The notes beneath the pieces were generated by a model. It was not told where the DNA came from and ran no database searches. It worked only from the letters and a program-made list of their open reading frames with translations. Shown in pieces: positions 13,863 to 27,540 of a DNA stretch of 64,000 nucleotides (the first letter of the stretch is position 1; each line of letters starts with the position of its first letter). A program made the translations under genes and the position numbers. The DNA comes from Eledone cirrhosa (Eukaryota): NCBI GenBank assembly GCA_964016885.1, contig OZ024740.1, forward strand, positions 244,280,001-244,344,000. Reading direction: 5' to 3'.

Positions 13863-14919
13863 GATGAACAACCTCCCTAGTGTTGGTGTCAGAGTAAACC
13901 ACACCGAGTACAATCTATAATGTTGTTACTGTTAAGTAGAGGTTCCAGCCATAGAATGCCAAAAAGGGTTGAGATGTTCCCTTCAGTTGTGTCAAGAGCA
14001 TACCAACCTCGCTGGTGCTGATGACATAATAAAACACACTAAGTACAATCTTTAATATGGTTAGTGATGGGAAGGGTATCCAACTATAGAAAATATACAT
14101 GTGACAACCACCCTAATGCTGGTGCCAGGATAAAGTGCACCCAGTGCACCCGGGGGAATGTATGTAAGCACAATGCAGCACCCAGCCCATCTGAGAGGTC
14201 AGTGACAACCCATCCAATCCTTGTTAACAAGGAAAACAGAAATTTGTCAGCTCAAGGCTTGCCTAAGGTACCACACAGTGGGATTGAACCTAGTTGTGAA
14301 GCAAATTTCTTAAGGACACAGTGATACCAACAACTAGACTAAAGATTAAATCATTGTAGTTACAGTGCATATGATTTAGATGATGACAAATATGTCAGGG
14401 AAGAACAGAATTTATAGTGTTATCTGTAGCAGTGGTCAATGAAAAAGAGTGTAGTGGGGATAGAAGAAGATGAAGCAATGCTATTTATTATGAAATTCTG
14501 ATTCCACATTCAATAGAAGTGACAGTTTAAACTTAGAGGGAAATCTTTCAGGAAAACTGCTGCCTGTGTCAATAGGAAATTGGAGTGTCCAATAAGAGTG
14601 TAGCAGCCTATGGCATAGTCAGGGATATAATTATTATTGCTTCCAGCAAACATTAATCAGAGACAAGAATTCAGTAAAAGAGCCTTCAATGTCATTCTTT
14701 AGCCATCATATTGGATGAATGCCAGGAAACTTTAGTAAAATTCTAAAAAACTCTCTTCTTTAGATGCCAAGCAGGAAGATACACGACTCAATATTTTAAT
14801 AAGTTATTGAAGTCACGGCCATTCTAGGTGTTACCAATTCAATAAAACTCTATTCAAAGAAATCAGTGGGAATGGAAATTGTTTTTTAGTAAAGTTATTT
14901 TTTGCTGGGGAAAAATGCA

Positions 14920-14954
<35 letters not shown>

Positions 14955-15149
14955 ATATACAATAATTTGTTGGGTTTTTGAACAATGATGTTTGCATGTG
15001 AAATATTTAGATGGAGGGAAAACACCAGTATCAACATGAAGAATTTATGAATGCACATCAATGATTGGCATTATAAAGAGTGTGTCATCATTATCACCAT
15101 CATCATTTAATGTCATTTTATATATATACATATACACACACAAATATAG

Positions 15150-16690
15150 ATAGATAGATTAAAAAGAAATGAAACCGGCATGCCCCGAAGGATGTGTAAC
15201 AGTAGTGTGCATGAATGGTGAAAGGTAGATGAATTGAGAATAAAACTAGACATAAGAGGTATCAAATGCTGTGTACAGGAGAGAAGACTGCAGTGGTATG
15301 GACATGTGATGCGCATGAAGGATGAAAGCTATATAAAAAGGTGCAGGGGGCTCAAGGTTGTAGGGTGCCTCGAAAGAGAAAGACATAAGAAGATGTGGGA
15401 TGAAACGATAAAGGCTGACCTGGCTGAACTGAACCTCTTGACGGAGATGACACAGGACCAAGACCTCTGGCACTATGACATATGACAAAAGATTCTAGTT
15501 GACAACCCAGCTCAGCCCACACAGTAAATGTGGCTTGTGCTTAGGAAAGGCATCCAGCTGTCATTAAATTCCAGCCAAAAGTACAGCCCCGTTATGAGCA
15601 ACACAGGTCCCAGCAGGGCCAACCAGCCAGACCACCCTCACAACATGCCCACCCAGCTTCCATAATATGGGTTCACTGACCAGACTTGCCTCATGAGTAT
15701 GACCACCCAGTCCCACTCTGTTAATGTGGTTGGTGTTAGGAAAGGCATCCAACAGCTGTAAAGATCCCAGCCAAAACACAGGTCCCACTATGAGTACGAT
15801 GTGGCCAACTGGCCAGACCTACGTCATAACGGGGCCACCCAGTTCCACACTGTAAACATGGTTTGTGGTAGGAAGGGTATCCAGCAGCCATAAAAACCCA
15901 ACCTAAATATAGCCCCACTATGAACAAAGCATGGCGTGGCAAATGGCCAGACTTCCTTCATAAAGGGACCACCCAGCTCCCAAATTATGGTTTCGTTGTG
16001 AGCAGAGTATGACGTGACCAACTGGTTAGACCCTACTCTTAACGGTGCCACCCAGTTCCACACTGTAAAGATGGTTGGTGTTAGGAAAAGCATACAGCAT
16101 CTGTAAAAACCCAGCCAACACACAGTCCCATATAAAGGATGACAGCTACATAAAAAGGTGCCGAGCACTTTGATGGAATCTATGGAGTAGTAAGGCCTAG
16201 GAAAACTTGGGATGAGGTGAAAAAAGCTGACCTTGCACAACTGCACCTCTCAGAGGCCTTATGCCATGATACAGAGAACCCACCTTCCCATGTACAAGGG
16301 TAGAGGCATACATCTGGTATGCACCATCTTCTCCTCCATCACTCCTCCCATGTCAGAACACCCTAACCACGCCCTAACACCCCGCCTTCACCCCTGTCCC
16401 TAGATCTACCTCCCTAATCCCTATGCACCTTCCCACCCAAGTCCCCAGTCCACAATGTAAAGTGGTTATTTTGGTATCACAAAAAAAAGCGCCTAGTCCA
16501 CACTGTAAAGTGGTGTCATGACAAAAAGTGCTCAGCCCATACTGTAAAGTGGTCATGTTGGTGACAGAACAAAAGGAACCCAGTACACATTATAAATGTG
16601 ATGTGGTTGGCATTAGGCAGGGCATTCAACCATAGAAACCAAACCAAAATCAGTTCTGTTTGAGCAAGACATGATCATCTGACCTGGCTT
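15150..16690 (+). mobile_element. Old RTE 3' fragments with reiterated 3'-UTR modules
   Basis: ORF 15234..15485 (RGIKCCVQERRLQWYGHVMR); repeated cacactgtaaa...ttaggaagggcatccagc modules near 15540, 15735, 15868, 16079, 16612. Confidence 0.7.
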
Positions 16691-16776
16691 GTCTCAAGAA
16701 TGTCTTGCTAATGTGATTTCATGTGGTACAGGATGTTAAGAGTTAATAGGATTAGAAATAAAAATAAAAATAACTA

Positions 16777-17192
16777 CCAGAGGTCACGGTCATGTGTCAA
16801 TTACACCTCTCAAAGGCGATGACACACGACCGTGACCTCTGGCATCACGCAGTAATACAGAGTACCTGACCTCCCATGAGTACAAGCTGAAGCATATAGA
16901 CAATATGCTCCCACACCCTCCCACCGCAAGGTGGTCGTGGAGGTGCCACGGCAAAAAAGCACCCAGCCCACACTGTAAAGTGGACGTGTAGGCGCCACAA
17001 AAAAGGACCCAGCACTCACTGTAAATGAGGTTGGTGTTAGGAAGGGCATCCAGCTGTAGAAATCAAGCCAAAATCAGTTCCTGTATGAGCAAGGCATGGT
17101 CAGCCGACCAGACACTGCCCACAACAGGACAACCCCTCTAACCCATGCTAGCGTGGAAGAGCGGACGTAAAACGGTGATGATGATGATGATG
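16777..17192 (+). mobile_element. RTE subfamily 1 3' fragment with short inverted duplication at its 5' junction
   Basis: Matches 41722-42114; 16777-16799 is the reverse complement of 16820-16842. Confidence 0.88.
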
Positions 17193-17504
17193 ACCACCGA
17201 CCATGAAATCCAGATTGCTAGTACTTGCAACTATCCCATATTAGCATCACTACATTTGTCACCAGCCATGCCACTACTACCTCTTTAACTAATCACCACT
17301 TCTATTACTAATATTAGTGTAACCATCACTATTACCAACATGCTAACATCCCCTACAACTATCACCCCCACTCATCATCATTCCTGCTAACAGCCCACTT
17401 CCACCACCACCACCACCACTATTGTTAACTGTATTACTGTCACTATAACTATTGCCAATATCCATTACTACAAACTCTTTAAACTATTACCCAGTCCCTA
17501 CTAA

Positions 17505-17692
17505 CAATAATTGTTTCTACTTTAGGCACAAGGCCAGCAATTACCCAGTGCATTACTGGTACTTTATTTTATCGACCCCGTAAGGATGAAAGGCAAAGTC
17601 AACCTCGGCGGGATTTGAACTCAGATTGTAAAGGGCAGTAACTATGCTGGAAAGCATGGCGTCCGACCCTCTACCGATACTGCCAATCCACA
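17505..17692 (-). mobile_element. Abundant tRNA-like SINE (GCCTTTCATCCTTACGGGGTCGATAAAATAAAGTACCAG core); related copies near 22960, 34640-35160, 35262, 53750, 55545, 57803, 58830
   Basis: B box GAGTTCAAATCC; shared core; shared 3' end GGCCTTGTGCC..AAGTAGAAACAATTATT. Confidence 0.8.
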
Positions 17693-17781
17693 ACAATAAT
17701 GATGATGATGACAACACCGACAATGATGATGATGGTGTTGACATTACCATATATTGCAGATGCCAGTCCAATTCACATGTG

Positions 17782-19368
17782 ATCATCATCATCATCATCG
17801 TTTAACGTCCATCTTCCACGCTAGCATGGGTTTAGACGGGAATTGTCCCACTTGAGGCAAGATTGGTCGGGTGACCGTGTCTCGCTCGTATAGGACTGTC
17901 TGGCAGGTTTTCTACGGCTGGATGCCCTTCCTAACACCAATCACATTTACAGTGTGGAACTGGGAGGTTTTTACCGTGTTACCTACACGGCCACATTACA
18001 GCGTGGACTGTGTGTTTTTTTGTTGTGACACCTACACGACCTCATTTATTTAGGACTGGATGTTGTGGTACCAACATAACTTTACAGAGAAAGGGTTGGT
18101 GTTGATGGGTGTGGGGTGGAGTTGAGGTAGTGGGATGGGGGTGTATATTTGGTTAAGAGGTGCCTACTGACTTTAGGTTTCGCTTTGTACTTAGGCAAGG
18201 CGGTCTTCTGTATTACTGCGTAGTGCCAAAGCTCTCGGTCCAGTGACATTGTCTTAGAGAGGTGTAAGTGTGTGAGGTCGGAATTTATCAAATCGTCCCA
18301 AGTTTTTCTGCGTCTGCCTACTTCGTAACTTCCATCAATTTTGATCTCCCTGCACTTTTTTATACAGCTGTCGTCTTTCATGCACATCACGTGACCACTC
18401 CAACGTAATCTTCTCTCAAGTAAAGAGCATCTGATCCCTCTTATTCCTAACTTCTCACTTCATTTATGCTTTGCCATTCACGTATATTACTATTACACAT
18501 CCAACAGAGCATGCAACCTTCGTTCCTCCCCAGTCTGCGCAGATCCTCTGCACACAATGCCCATGTCTCACTGCCATGTAACATTGCTGTTCGTATGCAG
18601 GCATCATACAACCTGCCTTTCATTTTTAGAGGGAAACCTTTTGAGGCCAATAGTGGTATAAGCTCTCTGAACTTTTTTCATCCTGTTCTGACTCTGGCTA
18701 CTGTACTTTCAGAGCACCCTCCACCACTGCTGATTTTGTTACCCAGGTAACGGAAGGTGTCCACTATTTCTATAGAACCATCTAGGCAATGGAAGGAGCT
18801 AGTATCCTGTGGGCACTTGTTACTTATTGCACCTGAGCACCGCCCACATATAAAATCTATGTTCTTCGTTAGCTTACCTGTGATCCCACTACATTTTTTA
18901 TGCACCCATACTTTGCATTTGGGACATAAAATGGAGTTTCTGCCTACTCCTTTCCTACACACTGAGCATGGCCATTTCCCAGAGGGGACCAGTGCCCTAT
19001 TTTCCTTCCTACATACTAGAACTTTAGTCTTAGACAAGTTAACTTTAAGGCCTTTTGATTCTAGGCCATGCTTCCATGTTTGGAATTTCTTCTCTAGTTC
19101 AGCCATCAATTTAGCTATGAGCGTTAGATCACCTGGATATAGAAGTTCCCATGGGCAGCCGGTCTTGACCTCCTCTGTTATAGCCTGAAGGGCAATAATA
19201 AATAGGAGGGGGCTAAGGGCAGAGCCCTGATGAACACCAACTTTTACGCTAAATTCTTCACTATATTCGTTGTTAATTCTAACCTTGCTGACTATTTCTT
19301 TATACATGGCTTGTATAGCTCTCACAAGCCATTCATCAACACCTAGTTTTCTAAGTGCCCACCAGATA
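17782..19368 (-). mobile_element. 5'-truncated RTE LINE (subfamily 2), degenerate, PHD retained
   Basis: ORFs 18678..19388, 18447..18650, 18082..18390; (GAT)n tail. Confidence 0.92.
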
Positions 19369-20198
19369 AATGATGACAGTACAATCATGAAAGTTGTGAT
19401 TCAACAATGGGTGTGGTCCCTCCACTTTATCAAACCATAAGTAACAGGAGCAAAGCCATAAATCAGGTTTACTGGCTTCTTTTAACTACAACCATCGAAA
19501 TACTCAGATTTGATCAACTACTTCCTTTTCATGCCAGTCACCATCAAGACTTCTAGTGTCCTCAGTCACTGGACTGCTATTTTCTTCTGCAAAACTGGAA
19601 GGTCTGCATCCAGTCTGAGGAATGTGCCCTATGTAGTGGAAAGGCTGATGCAAAGGGGATAGTGGCTGTTCTCGGTGGTAATTCTTTTGCCATCTTGTTC
19701 ACAAGGCACAGCTGAGGTATAGTATTCCTATCCCTTCCCTTCTCATTTCCTCGCATTTTTCATTATTTAATTTATTTATTTTTCCTGATTATTAGGCAAA
19801 ATATTAGGGTAAATAAAATTTGTTTATAGCCTTTCTATAAAGAAATAAAAGGTACTGCTTATAAATCATTGAGAAACACAGCTTGTGTCACACCTTAGTG
19901 CCAACAAGAGAAATGAACACAAGCACTGCTGAGTGGTTAAGCAATTCACTTTGTAATCATGAGATTGGGGTTTGATCACATCACTTGGTATTTTGGACAA
20001 ATGTCTTTAATAAGTCAACTCAAGCCTTATTAGGAAAATTGGGTAGATGGAAACAGTGTAGAAGCTTGGATTGTACCTGTAAACCAAAAGTCCAGCCTTC
20101 TCAAATATTGTGTTAAACTGATTTTGCCTGAGAAATATGTTATGGATAAATGTGTCTTGAAATACTCAATCATTTGTACATTAATTCAAGTGTTAGAT

Positions 20199-20874
20199 CA
20201 AAGGTTCTCAACCCATTTTGGCCAAACACTCCCTTTTGCCCCTCAAAATCACGAAACGCCCCCCCCCCCCCCCTACCCTATTTTTCCATTTTCCAATATA
20301 CTACTGATTTTTATATCAGTAGATTACTGGGCCAAATCAAGTTATCTTAGATTCTTTAAAAAATACTCGTACAAATTAAATACAAAAAGTTTCAGTCCAA
20401 AACAAAAGCAAGCTATCTCAAATTATATATTTTTGAAATAAAAAAAAACATTTGATCTCAGTCGAAAAAGCTTTTTTTTTTTAAATTCTATATTTCACTG
20501 TCAGCTGTTGTAATATTTTGAGTGGATAGACAATTGAAACTGCAAAGTCAAAATACAAAAGAAGCAAAATATGAAGAATTTTTTACCTTTCTCTGAAATC
20601 ACAAACACAAGGGAAAAATAGTACCTTGCAAAATAAGTAGTAAGGAGTGAATTGAGAAGCTTGGTGACTGAGAAAGCAATATTTTTATCCCTTATATATA
20701 AACATAGATAGACACACACACACACACATATACATACACACACACATATACATACACACACACAAATTTGTGTGTGTGTGTGCTTTGGTTTGGGTACAGA
20801 AAGAATTTTGTCTAGTTTTTTATTGCCAGGTCAAAGGCCACAGCTCTTTTCAACAACGCCAAATAACAACGCTC

Positions 20875-20927
<53 letters not shown>

Positions 20928-22333
20928 GAAGAGAGAAAGAGGGAGGGACAGAGAGGGAGTAAGAAATGTGTGTGTGTTTGGTACACATCTATCTATCTAT
21001 CTATCTATCTATCTCCAACAGGGGGCTCACACATGCAGCCCGCGAACTACTTATCTGTGGCCCGTGGTAGAACCAATATTTCATATCGCATTATAACTGG
21101 TGAAAATAGGCGGCGAGCTGGTGGAATCGTTAGCACATCTGGCGAAATGCTTAACGGTACTTCTTCCGTTTTTACGTTCTGAGTTCAAATTCCGCCGATC
21201 TCAACTTTGCCTTACATCCTTTTGGGGTCGATGAATTAAGTACCAGTTGGATCGAATGAATTAAGTACCAGTACTAGGTACCAGTACTAGGATCGATGCA
21301 ATCGACTGAACCCTAAACCCCAAATTTCATGCCTTGTTCCTATAGTAGAAATGATTATAACTGGTGAAAATTTTCACCCACCACCACGTTTGGCCCACTG
21401 TGCCTCTCCTCCAGGACGTAATAGCCCTTTTGTGTCCTTGGGTTTGAGACCCCTCTTCTACACACACACACATATATATTTTACATTTTTTTCTGTCTCT
21501 GGACTACGCCCATGCTGGTGCATCACCTTGGTAAGTTATGGGGATGTTAACAAACCAACAAGCACTGGTGGGAGGGCAAACACAAACGCAAAGACACACA
21601 CAGACATATATACATATATACGACGGGCTTCTTTTAGTTTCAATCTATCAAATCCACTCACAGGGCTTTGGTCGGCTCGGGCAGTGGGACTGAACCCGGA
21701 AATATGTGGTTGGGAAACAAGCTTCTTGTCACACTGCATATATATATATATATATACATATATATATGTGTGTGTGTGTGTGTATAATATATATTATACA
21801 CACACATATATATATATATAAATGTATATATAGTGTATTTTGCAATACACTGTATGCTTAATTAAAAGCATTTTGAAGACCTTACGCTATTGTTTTAGAG
21901 TAGTGACAGTTTCACTTACTTTAAATTTTCAGCATATATATGTGTGTGTGTATGTATGTGTATATATGTGTGTGTGTATGTATGTATGTATGTATGTGTA
22001 TGTTCACCACCATTGCTTCTTCTTGTCATTTCTGTTGAAGTAGTCCTTACTTTCATTCTTTTTATTTCTTTTGATTATCTTTTATCTCCCTAGCGAATTC
22101 GTTGACAAGCTTCTTTAATTTATTTTCTTTATTTTCTTCATTTAAATCACTGACTGTCTAAGAGACGTACAAATATGACTTATAAAACTTACCAAACTAA
22201 AGGGGCTTCTAGCGCCCTCAAAGTTTCAAACGCCCCCTTACTGCATAATGCCCCCCTAACTGCATAATGCCCTCCTGGAGCTATGAAACGCCCCCGGGGG
22301 AGGGGGGCATATGCCCCTCGTTGGGAACCTTTA
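20199..22333. mobile_element. Non-autonomous hAT-type DNA transposon with nested insertions
   Basis: TIRs CAAAGGTTCTCAAC / GTTGGGAACCTTTA; 8-bp TSD TGTTAGAT at 20191-20198 and 22334-22341. Confidence 0.8.
21108..21353 (+). mobile_element. Full-length SINE with 18-bp TSD, nested in a MITE (about 21019-21455) inside the hAT element
   Basis: TSD ATTATAACTGGTGAAAAT at 21090-21107 and 21354-21371; B box GAGTTCAAATTCC; same core as 17505-17692. Confidence 0.88.
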
Positions 22334-23238
22334 TGTTAGATGATCAGTTGATCTAACAACTAGTAATTTAGTGGAATCTTTAGTGCATCAGATGGAATCT
22401 GTTTTGGCTCTTTACATATCAAGTTCAAATCTGGGCCCTTGTCACCAGGGAATGGTGTAATGATAGGAACAAGGAACCTAGGCTTCATTAAAACATCCAA
22501 GAGAACTTCTATGAGATGTGAACTCACAAGAGACAAGATAAGCCCATGCAGGCGTGAGTCACAACAAGTCAATCTTGTAGTCAAATCAGAAGTCAAAGAT
22601 AGCTAAGTCATTAGAGTATCAGACAGAATATTTTGTTATATTTGTTCAGGAGCTCTGTGCTCGGATTTCAAATTCCAAACATGTCAATTTTGTTTTGCAT
22701 GCGTTCGAGGGTTGATAAAATAAAGTATCAGTCTATGGTAATTGATTGTCAGAGAATTGCTAGTGTCAGATGAAATGCCTTGTAGTATCTGTGCAGGCAT
22801 TTAGTATTTTGAGTTCAGATTCATCATAGGGATTTAAATTCCACCAGTAGCTAGGGTAATCACCAAACAATGAGACCTTAACTGATTGTGAATGGATGAC
22901 AATCTGCAAATGTGTGGAGGAGGAGGAATTTGGCTTTCTGTTGCTATAATCAAATGATGATAATTGTTTCTACTTTTGGCACAAGGCCAGCTATTACCCC
23001 AGCGGGATTTGAACTCAGACCGTAAAGGGATGCAACTATGCTGCAAAACATGGCGTCCGACCCTCTACCGATACTGCTAATCCACCGATAATGATGAGTA
23101 GTCAGAGACAAGAAAGTAACGAGGTGATTTAGTCTAAAGGTATTAACAAATTCCAAAGATAGGACAATTACAATGATCAAAAAGAAGTCAATCACACACA
23201 GATCAAAGAGGTCAATACTGTGGCAATTTAGTCTAAAG

Positions 23239-23401
23239 CAGTGGTTCTTAACATGGGAGGCCGGCACCCCCCAAGGGATGCGAGATTCAGTTTTTGGGAG
23301 TGCAGAGAAGAAGCAAGAACAGAAATCACATCAAAGATTAAAATATTTTGAATTTCAAAATCTCAAGGGGTGCCACAATAGAAAAAGGTTAAGAATCACT
23401 G
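23239..23401. mobile_element. hAT (Charlie-type) MITE, 163 bp
   Basis: TIRs CAGTGGTTCTTAAC / GTTAAGAATCACTG; 8-bp TSD GTCTAAAG on both sides. Confidence 0.9.
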
Positions 23402-23573
23402 GTCTAAAGTCATCAACAGATTTCAAAGATAGATTAGTCACACAGTGATAAAAAAAAGAGACAACAGATTACACAGTGTTCAAAGACAGATCAATCACAC
23501 ACTGGTCAAAGGAAAGCCAGTCACACACTGGTCAAAGAGGTTACTACTGTGGTAATTTATCAATAGAACTTAC

Positions 23574-23689
23574 AAAGAGGTAATCTGCCCACACTTTTTT
23601 CGCTTTTTCCAAGCCTTTCTGTCGTAGATTCATCACATGGATAAAACGGTCTTTTACCCAATGACTGGAGGATTCTTCATCTGGGTAGC
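23574..23689 (-). CDS. COLGALT: Next coding exon of COLGALT homologue: (G)YPDEESSSHWVKDRFIHVMNLRQKGLEKAKKVWADYLF
   Basis: Acceptor ttattcttag, donor gtaagt, 116 bp (2+38 codons). Joins in frame with the 43601-43713 exon and matches COLGALT1 [40 protein letters not shown]. Not in the ORF track. Intervening intron 23690-43600 is about 19.9 kb. Confidence 0.93.
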
Positions 23690-23919
23690 CTAAGAATAAT
23701 AAAAATAACAATATAAGACAGCTTATGTAATAATAATGATAATCATACTTTTACATCCACTTTCCATGCTTACAAACTGCTTACAAACATATATGCATAC
23801 ACACACACATATCCATATTTACTCAGCACCAAAACATGTACTCTGATTAGTGGGCTTCCCTGCCAGCAAACTATAGATGCATCATACATACACATACACA
23901 CACACATATATATATGTAT

Positions 23920-25060
23920 ATGGAAGCAGAGACTAGAAAGGGTCTCAAAGTCAACCTGACAAAGACTAAGGTCCTTGTAAGTAGACAAGAAAACAGAACC
24001 CAGATCCCCTCAGGGAAATGCCCTTGCTCAGTATGTAGGAAAGGTGTAGGTAGGAACTCCATTCTCTGCCCCAAGTGCAAACAATAGATACACAAGAGAT
24101 GTAGCGGGATCTCGGGAAGCTTAACTAAGAATGTAGGCTTCACTTGTAGCAGCTGTGCTGGGACAGCAAGCAGCAAACAGCCACAGGAAACAAGTACCAT
24201 CAAACTCTGGGAGGGTTCTGTAGAAACAGTAGACAGCTTCTGCTACCTAGGTGACTGAATTAGCAGCGGAGGTGGGTGTTCGGAAAGTACAATAAGTAGG
24301 GTAAAAACAGGATGGAAGAAGTTCAGGGAGCTACTGCCACTGCTAGCTGCAAAAGGCTTTTCCCTCAAAATGAAAGGCAGACTGTATGATGCGTGTATAC
24401 GAACAGCAATGTTACATGGTAGTGAGACCTGGGTGCTGAAGGTGGAAGACTTACGTAGATTAGAGAGAAACGAAGCCTGCATGTTCCGATGGATGTGTAA
24501 TAGTAATATACGCGAACGGCAAAGCATAATCAAATTGAGAGAGAGACTGAGCATAAGAGCAATCAAATGCTGTGTGCAGGAGAGAGGGTTGCGTTGGTAT
24601 TGACATGTGATGCGTATGAAGGATGAGAGCTGCATAAAAAGGTGCAGAACACTAGAAGTCGATGGAAACCACGGAATGGGGAGACCCAAGAAGACCTGGG
24701 ATGAGGTGATAAAAGCCAACCTTACCCAATTACACCTCTCAAAGGCGATGACACACGACCGTGACCTCTGGCGTCACGCAGTAATACAGAAGACCCAACC
24801 CCCCACGGGTACAAGCCGAAGCTGAAGCATATAGACAATATGCCCCCACAACCTCCCACTGCAAAGTGGTCATGAAAAAAAGCACCCAGCACTCACTGTA
24901 AATGAGGTTGGTGTTAGAAAGGGCATCTAGCTGTAGAAATCAAGCCAGAATCAGTTCCTGTATGAGCAAGACAAGGTCAGCCGACCGGATACTGCCCACA
25001 ACAGGACAACTCGTCTAACCCATGCTAGCGTGGAAGAACAGACTTAAAACAGTGATGATG
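23920..25060 (+). mobile_element. 5'-truncated RTE LINE (subfamily 1), degenerate
   Basis: Homologous to 5601-6810; ORF pieces 24370..24603 and 24607..24825; ends in (GAT)n then (TA)n. Confidence 0.92.
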
Positions 25061-25623
25061 ATATATATATATATATATTCTGAGCTGAAATTTCCATGAG
25101 CAGCTGCTACTCAGAGTTTCATGCTTATATTCATCAAGAGAGAAGCTGCTAGTAAAAGAGATGGGCTTATATTTAGCTATGAAATATCTTCCACTCTCCA
25201 CAAAAAACACCTAGGTTCAGGAAACAAAAAATATGAATACAAAAAAAATACATAAAAAATGCAAAAAATAACACATATAACAATGAAATAAAGAAATATG
25301 GTATATTTGACTGGTAGTTTGTAAGTGGAAGGCATATTAGGGCAAAATGGGCTGTCTGTTAGGTTGATCGAGTATATAAAATAAAGAGGACGTGTGTGTT
25401 TTGTCACAGATCATAGATGGACTGGAAGTTTGGATTAATGGAACATTCTGATTGGCTGAAACATGTAGCGAGTTATGGTCATAAACCAGGGAGCAATTAT
25501 GAGGGGTGTATAAGTGTGGGAGGTGTGTGAACACATGGGATTGCATGCAACGATTTATTGAAACTTTATATAATTGAAACAAAATATATAACAGGTTGTT
25601 GACATTGAAATTCTGTCTCTCTC

Positions 25624-25655
<32 letters not shown>

Positions 25656-26604
25656 GAGAGAGTAAATTATAAAAGTACACAATAACTATAGAGTCTTGAA
25701 ACAGCTTAGTCTTCATATATAATGTCTTAAAATATAGAATATATAATTGCAATCAAGTATTAGGTATTATAGCATATACATATCATATACACATACACAT
25801 ATACATAATATATGCTCCATAAAATATAGAAATGGGAAATAAATTCTTGTAGAGAATTTGAGATAATATCTGAAATTATAGTGAAGTGGAATATTAAGTA
25901 GATTAATGACTCTAAATACACTCCAGCTATATATATCTGCCTGTGTGTACATATCACCATCATCATTTTACATCTGATTTGTTATACTGACATGGGTTGG
26001 ATAATACTTAGGTAGTACTTAATCACAGTTACAGTCATCCTACATTGACCAGGGATCACATCTTAATATGTTCAATTTTTGGAATGATTTCTATGGTTGA
26101 GTGCCCTTCCTAACAACAACCACTTCACAGAATGTACTGTATATATTTTATCCTGAGATAAAATGCATACAGAGATGTTGTCATGTCCTTAAGTCGATTG
26201 GAAAGTCTTCTCTAGCCTTTGTTGTTATCATCTGAATGCCAAATTAGTTTACAGAATTTATATATTAAGTTCATGTTATAGTGGTACCAAATCTTGAGAG
26301 GTTGCTTTGTTGCAAGGCAAACATGATTGAGAATGAAAATAGAAGGGGTGTGGTGACTAAGGGGGTGAAGATATGTATGGTGATGAGTGTGATAGGAGAA
26401 ACAGAGTGGTGGCATTGTATGGAAGAGAGTGATGATGGAGAGAGTGAGTGAGGGCTACAAGCTTGGTAGCAGGTTGTATACAGAGACCAAGATAATTGTG
26501 TGAAAGAGAGAGCAGCTCTTCCTCTCACTATATGTATGTGTGTATGTGTCAAGCACATCTAGTTTATCATTACACTATTTGCTATATATATATATATTAT
26601 ATAA

Positions 26605-26793
26605 GAAAAAGTATGACCCCGACGGCAGAGCTCAAGCCGTTTCGACGGCTATTTAAGTCCAGAAATAGCTGTCGAAACGGCTTGAGCTCTGCCGTCGGGA
26701 TCATACTTTTTCCTATTTCCCACTCTACTACCCTAAGTATTGAGTACTCTGGTGCGTTATGGTCCATCTGGTTCCTTACCACAATTCCTTTGT
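26605..26793 (+). mobile_element. PLE-type terminal fragment beginning with a 50-bp-arm hairpin (26605-26712), within (TA)n
   Basis: Arms 26605-26654 and 26663-26712 with 2 mismatches; 3' end TTATGGTCCAYCTGGTTCCTTACCAC shared with 4772-4810. Confidence 0.6.
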
Positions 26794-26809
26794 TATATAT
26801 ATATATATA

Positions 26810-27476
26810 TAACTAAGGGAAAAATTAGAAATAAGAGGGATCAGATGTTGTTTACTCGAGAGAAGACTACGTTGGTATGGTCACGTGCTGCGTATGAAAG
26901 ACAACAGCTGTATAAAAAAGTGCAGGGCAATAAAAATAGACGGTAACCATGGAGTAAGCAGACCCAGAAAAACCTGGGACGACTTGATAAATTCCGACCT
27001 CACACACTTACACCTCTCCAAGACAATGTCACTGGACCGAGATCTTTGGGGCTACACAGTAATACAGAAGACCCGCATTGCCTAAGTACAAAGTGAAACC
27101 TACTACAGTCAGTAGGCACCTCTAACAAAATACACCCCCGTCCCACTACCCCCACTCCATCCACACCACCCCTTTCAATGTAAAGTTATGTTGGTACCAC
27201 AACATCCAGTCCGAAACAAATGAAGTCGTGTAGGTGTCACAACAAAAAAACACACAGTCCATGCTGTAATGTGGCCGTGTAGGTAACACGGTAAAAACCT
27301 CCCAGTCCACACTGTAAACGTGGTTGGTGTTAGGAAGGGCATCCAGCCGTAGAAAACCCGCCAGACAGTCCTATGCGAGCGAGACAACCACTCTTGCCTC
27401 AAGTGGGAAAACTCCTGCCCAAACCCATGCAAGCGTGGAAGATGGACGTTAAACGATGATGATGATGATAATGATG

Positions 27477-27478
<2 letters not shown>
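26810..27478 (+). mobile_element. RTE subfamily 2 3' fragment within (TA)n
   Basis: ORF 26885..27085; 3' UTR and (GAT)n tail. Confidence 0.9.
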
Positions 27479-27510
<32 letters not shown>

Positions 27511-27540
27511 AGATCAAAAGATGGTTAAAAGAGTTCCATG

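Noticed and set aside
14400-14830. Possible degenerate CR1/Jockey-like RT on the minus strand
   Set aside because: Only a vague LLSPTLF-like trace; too decayed to support.
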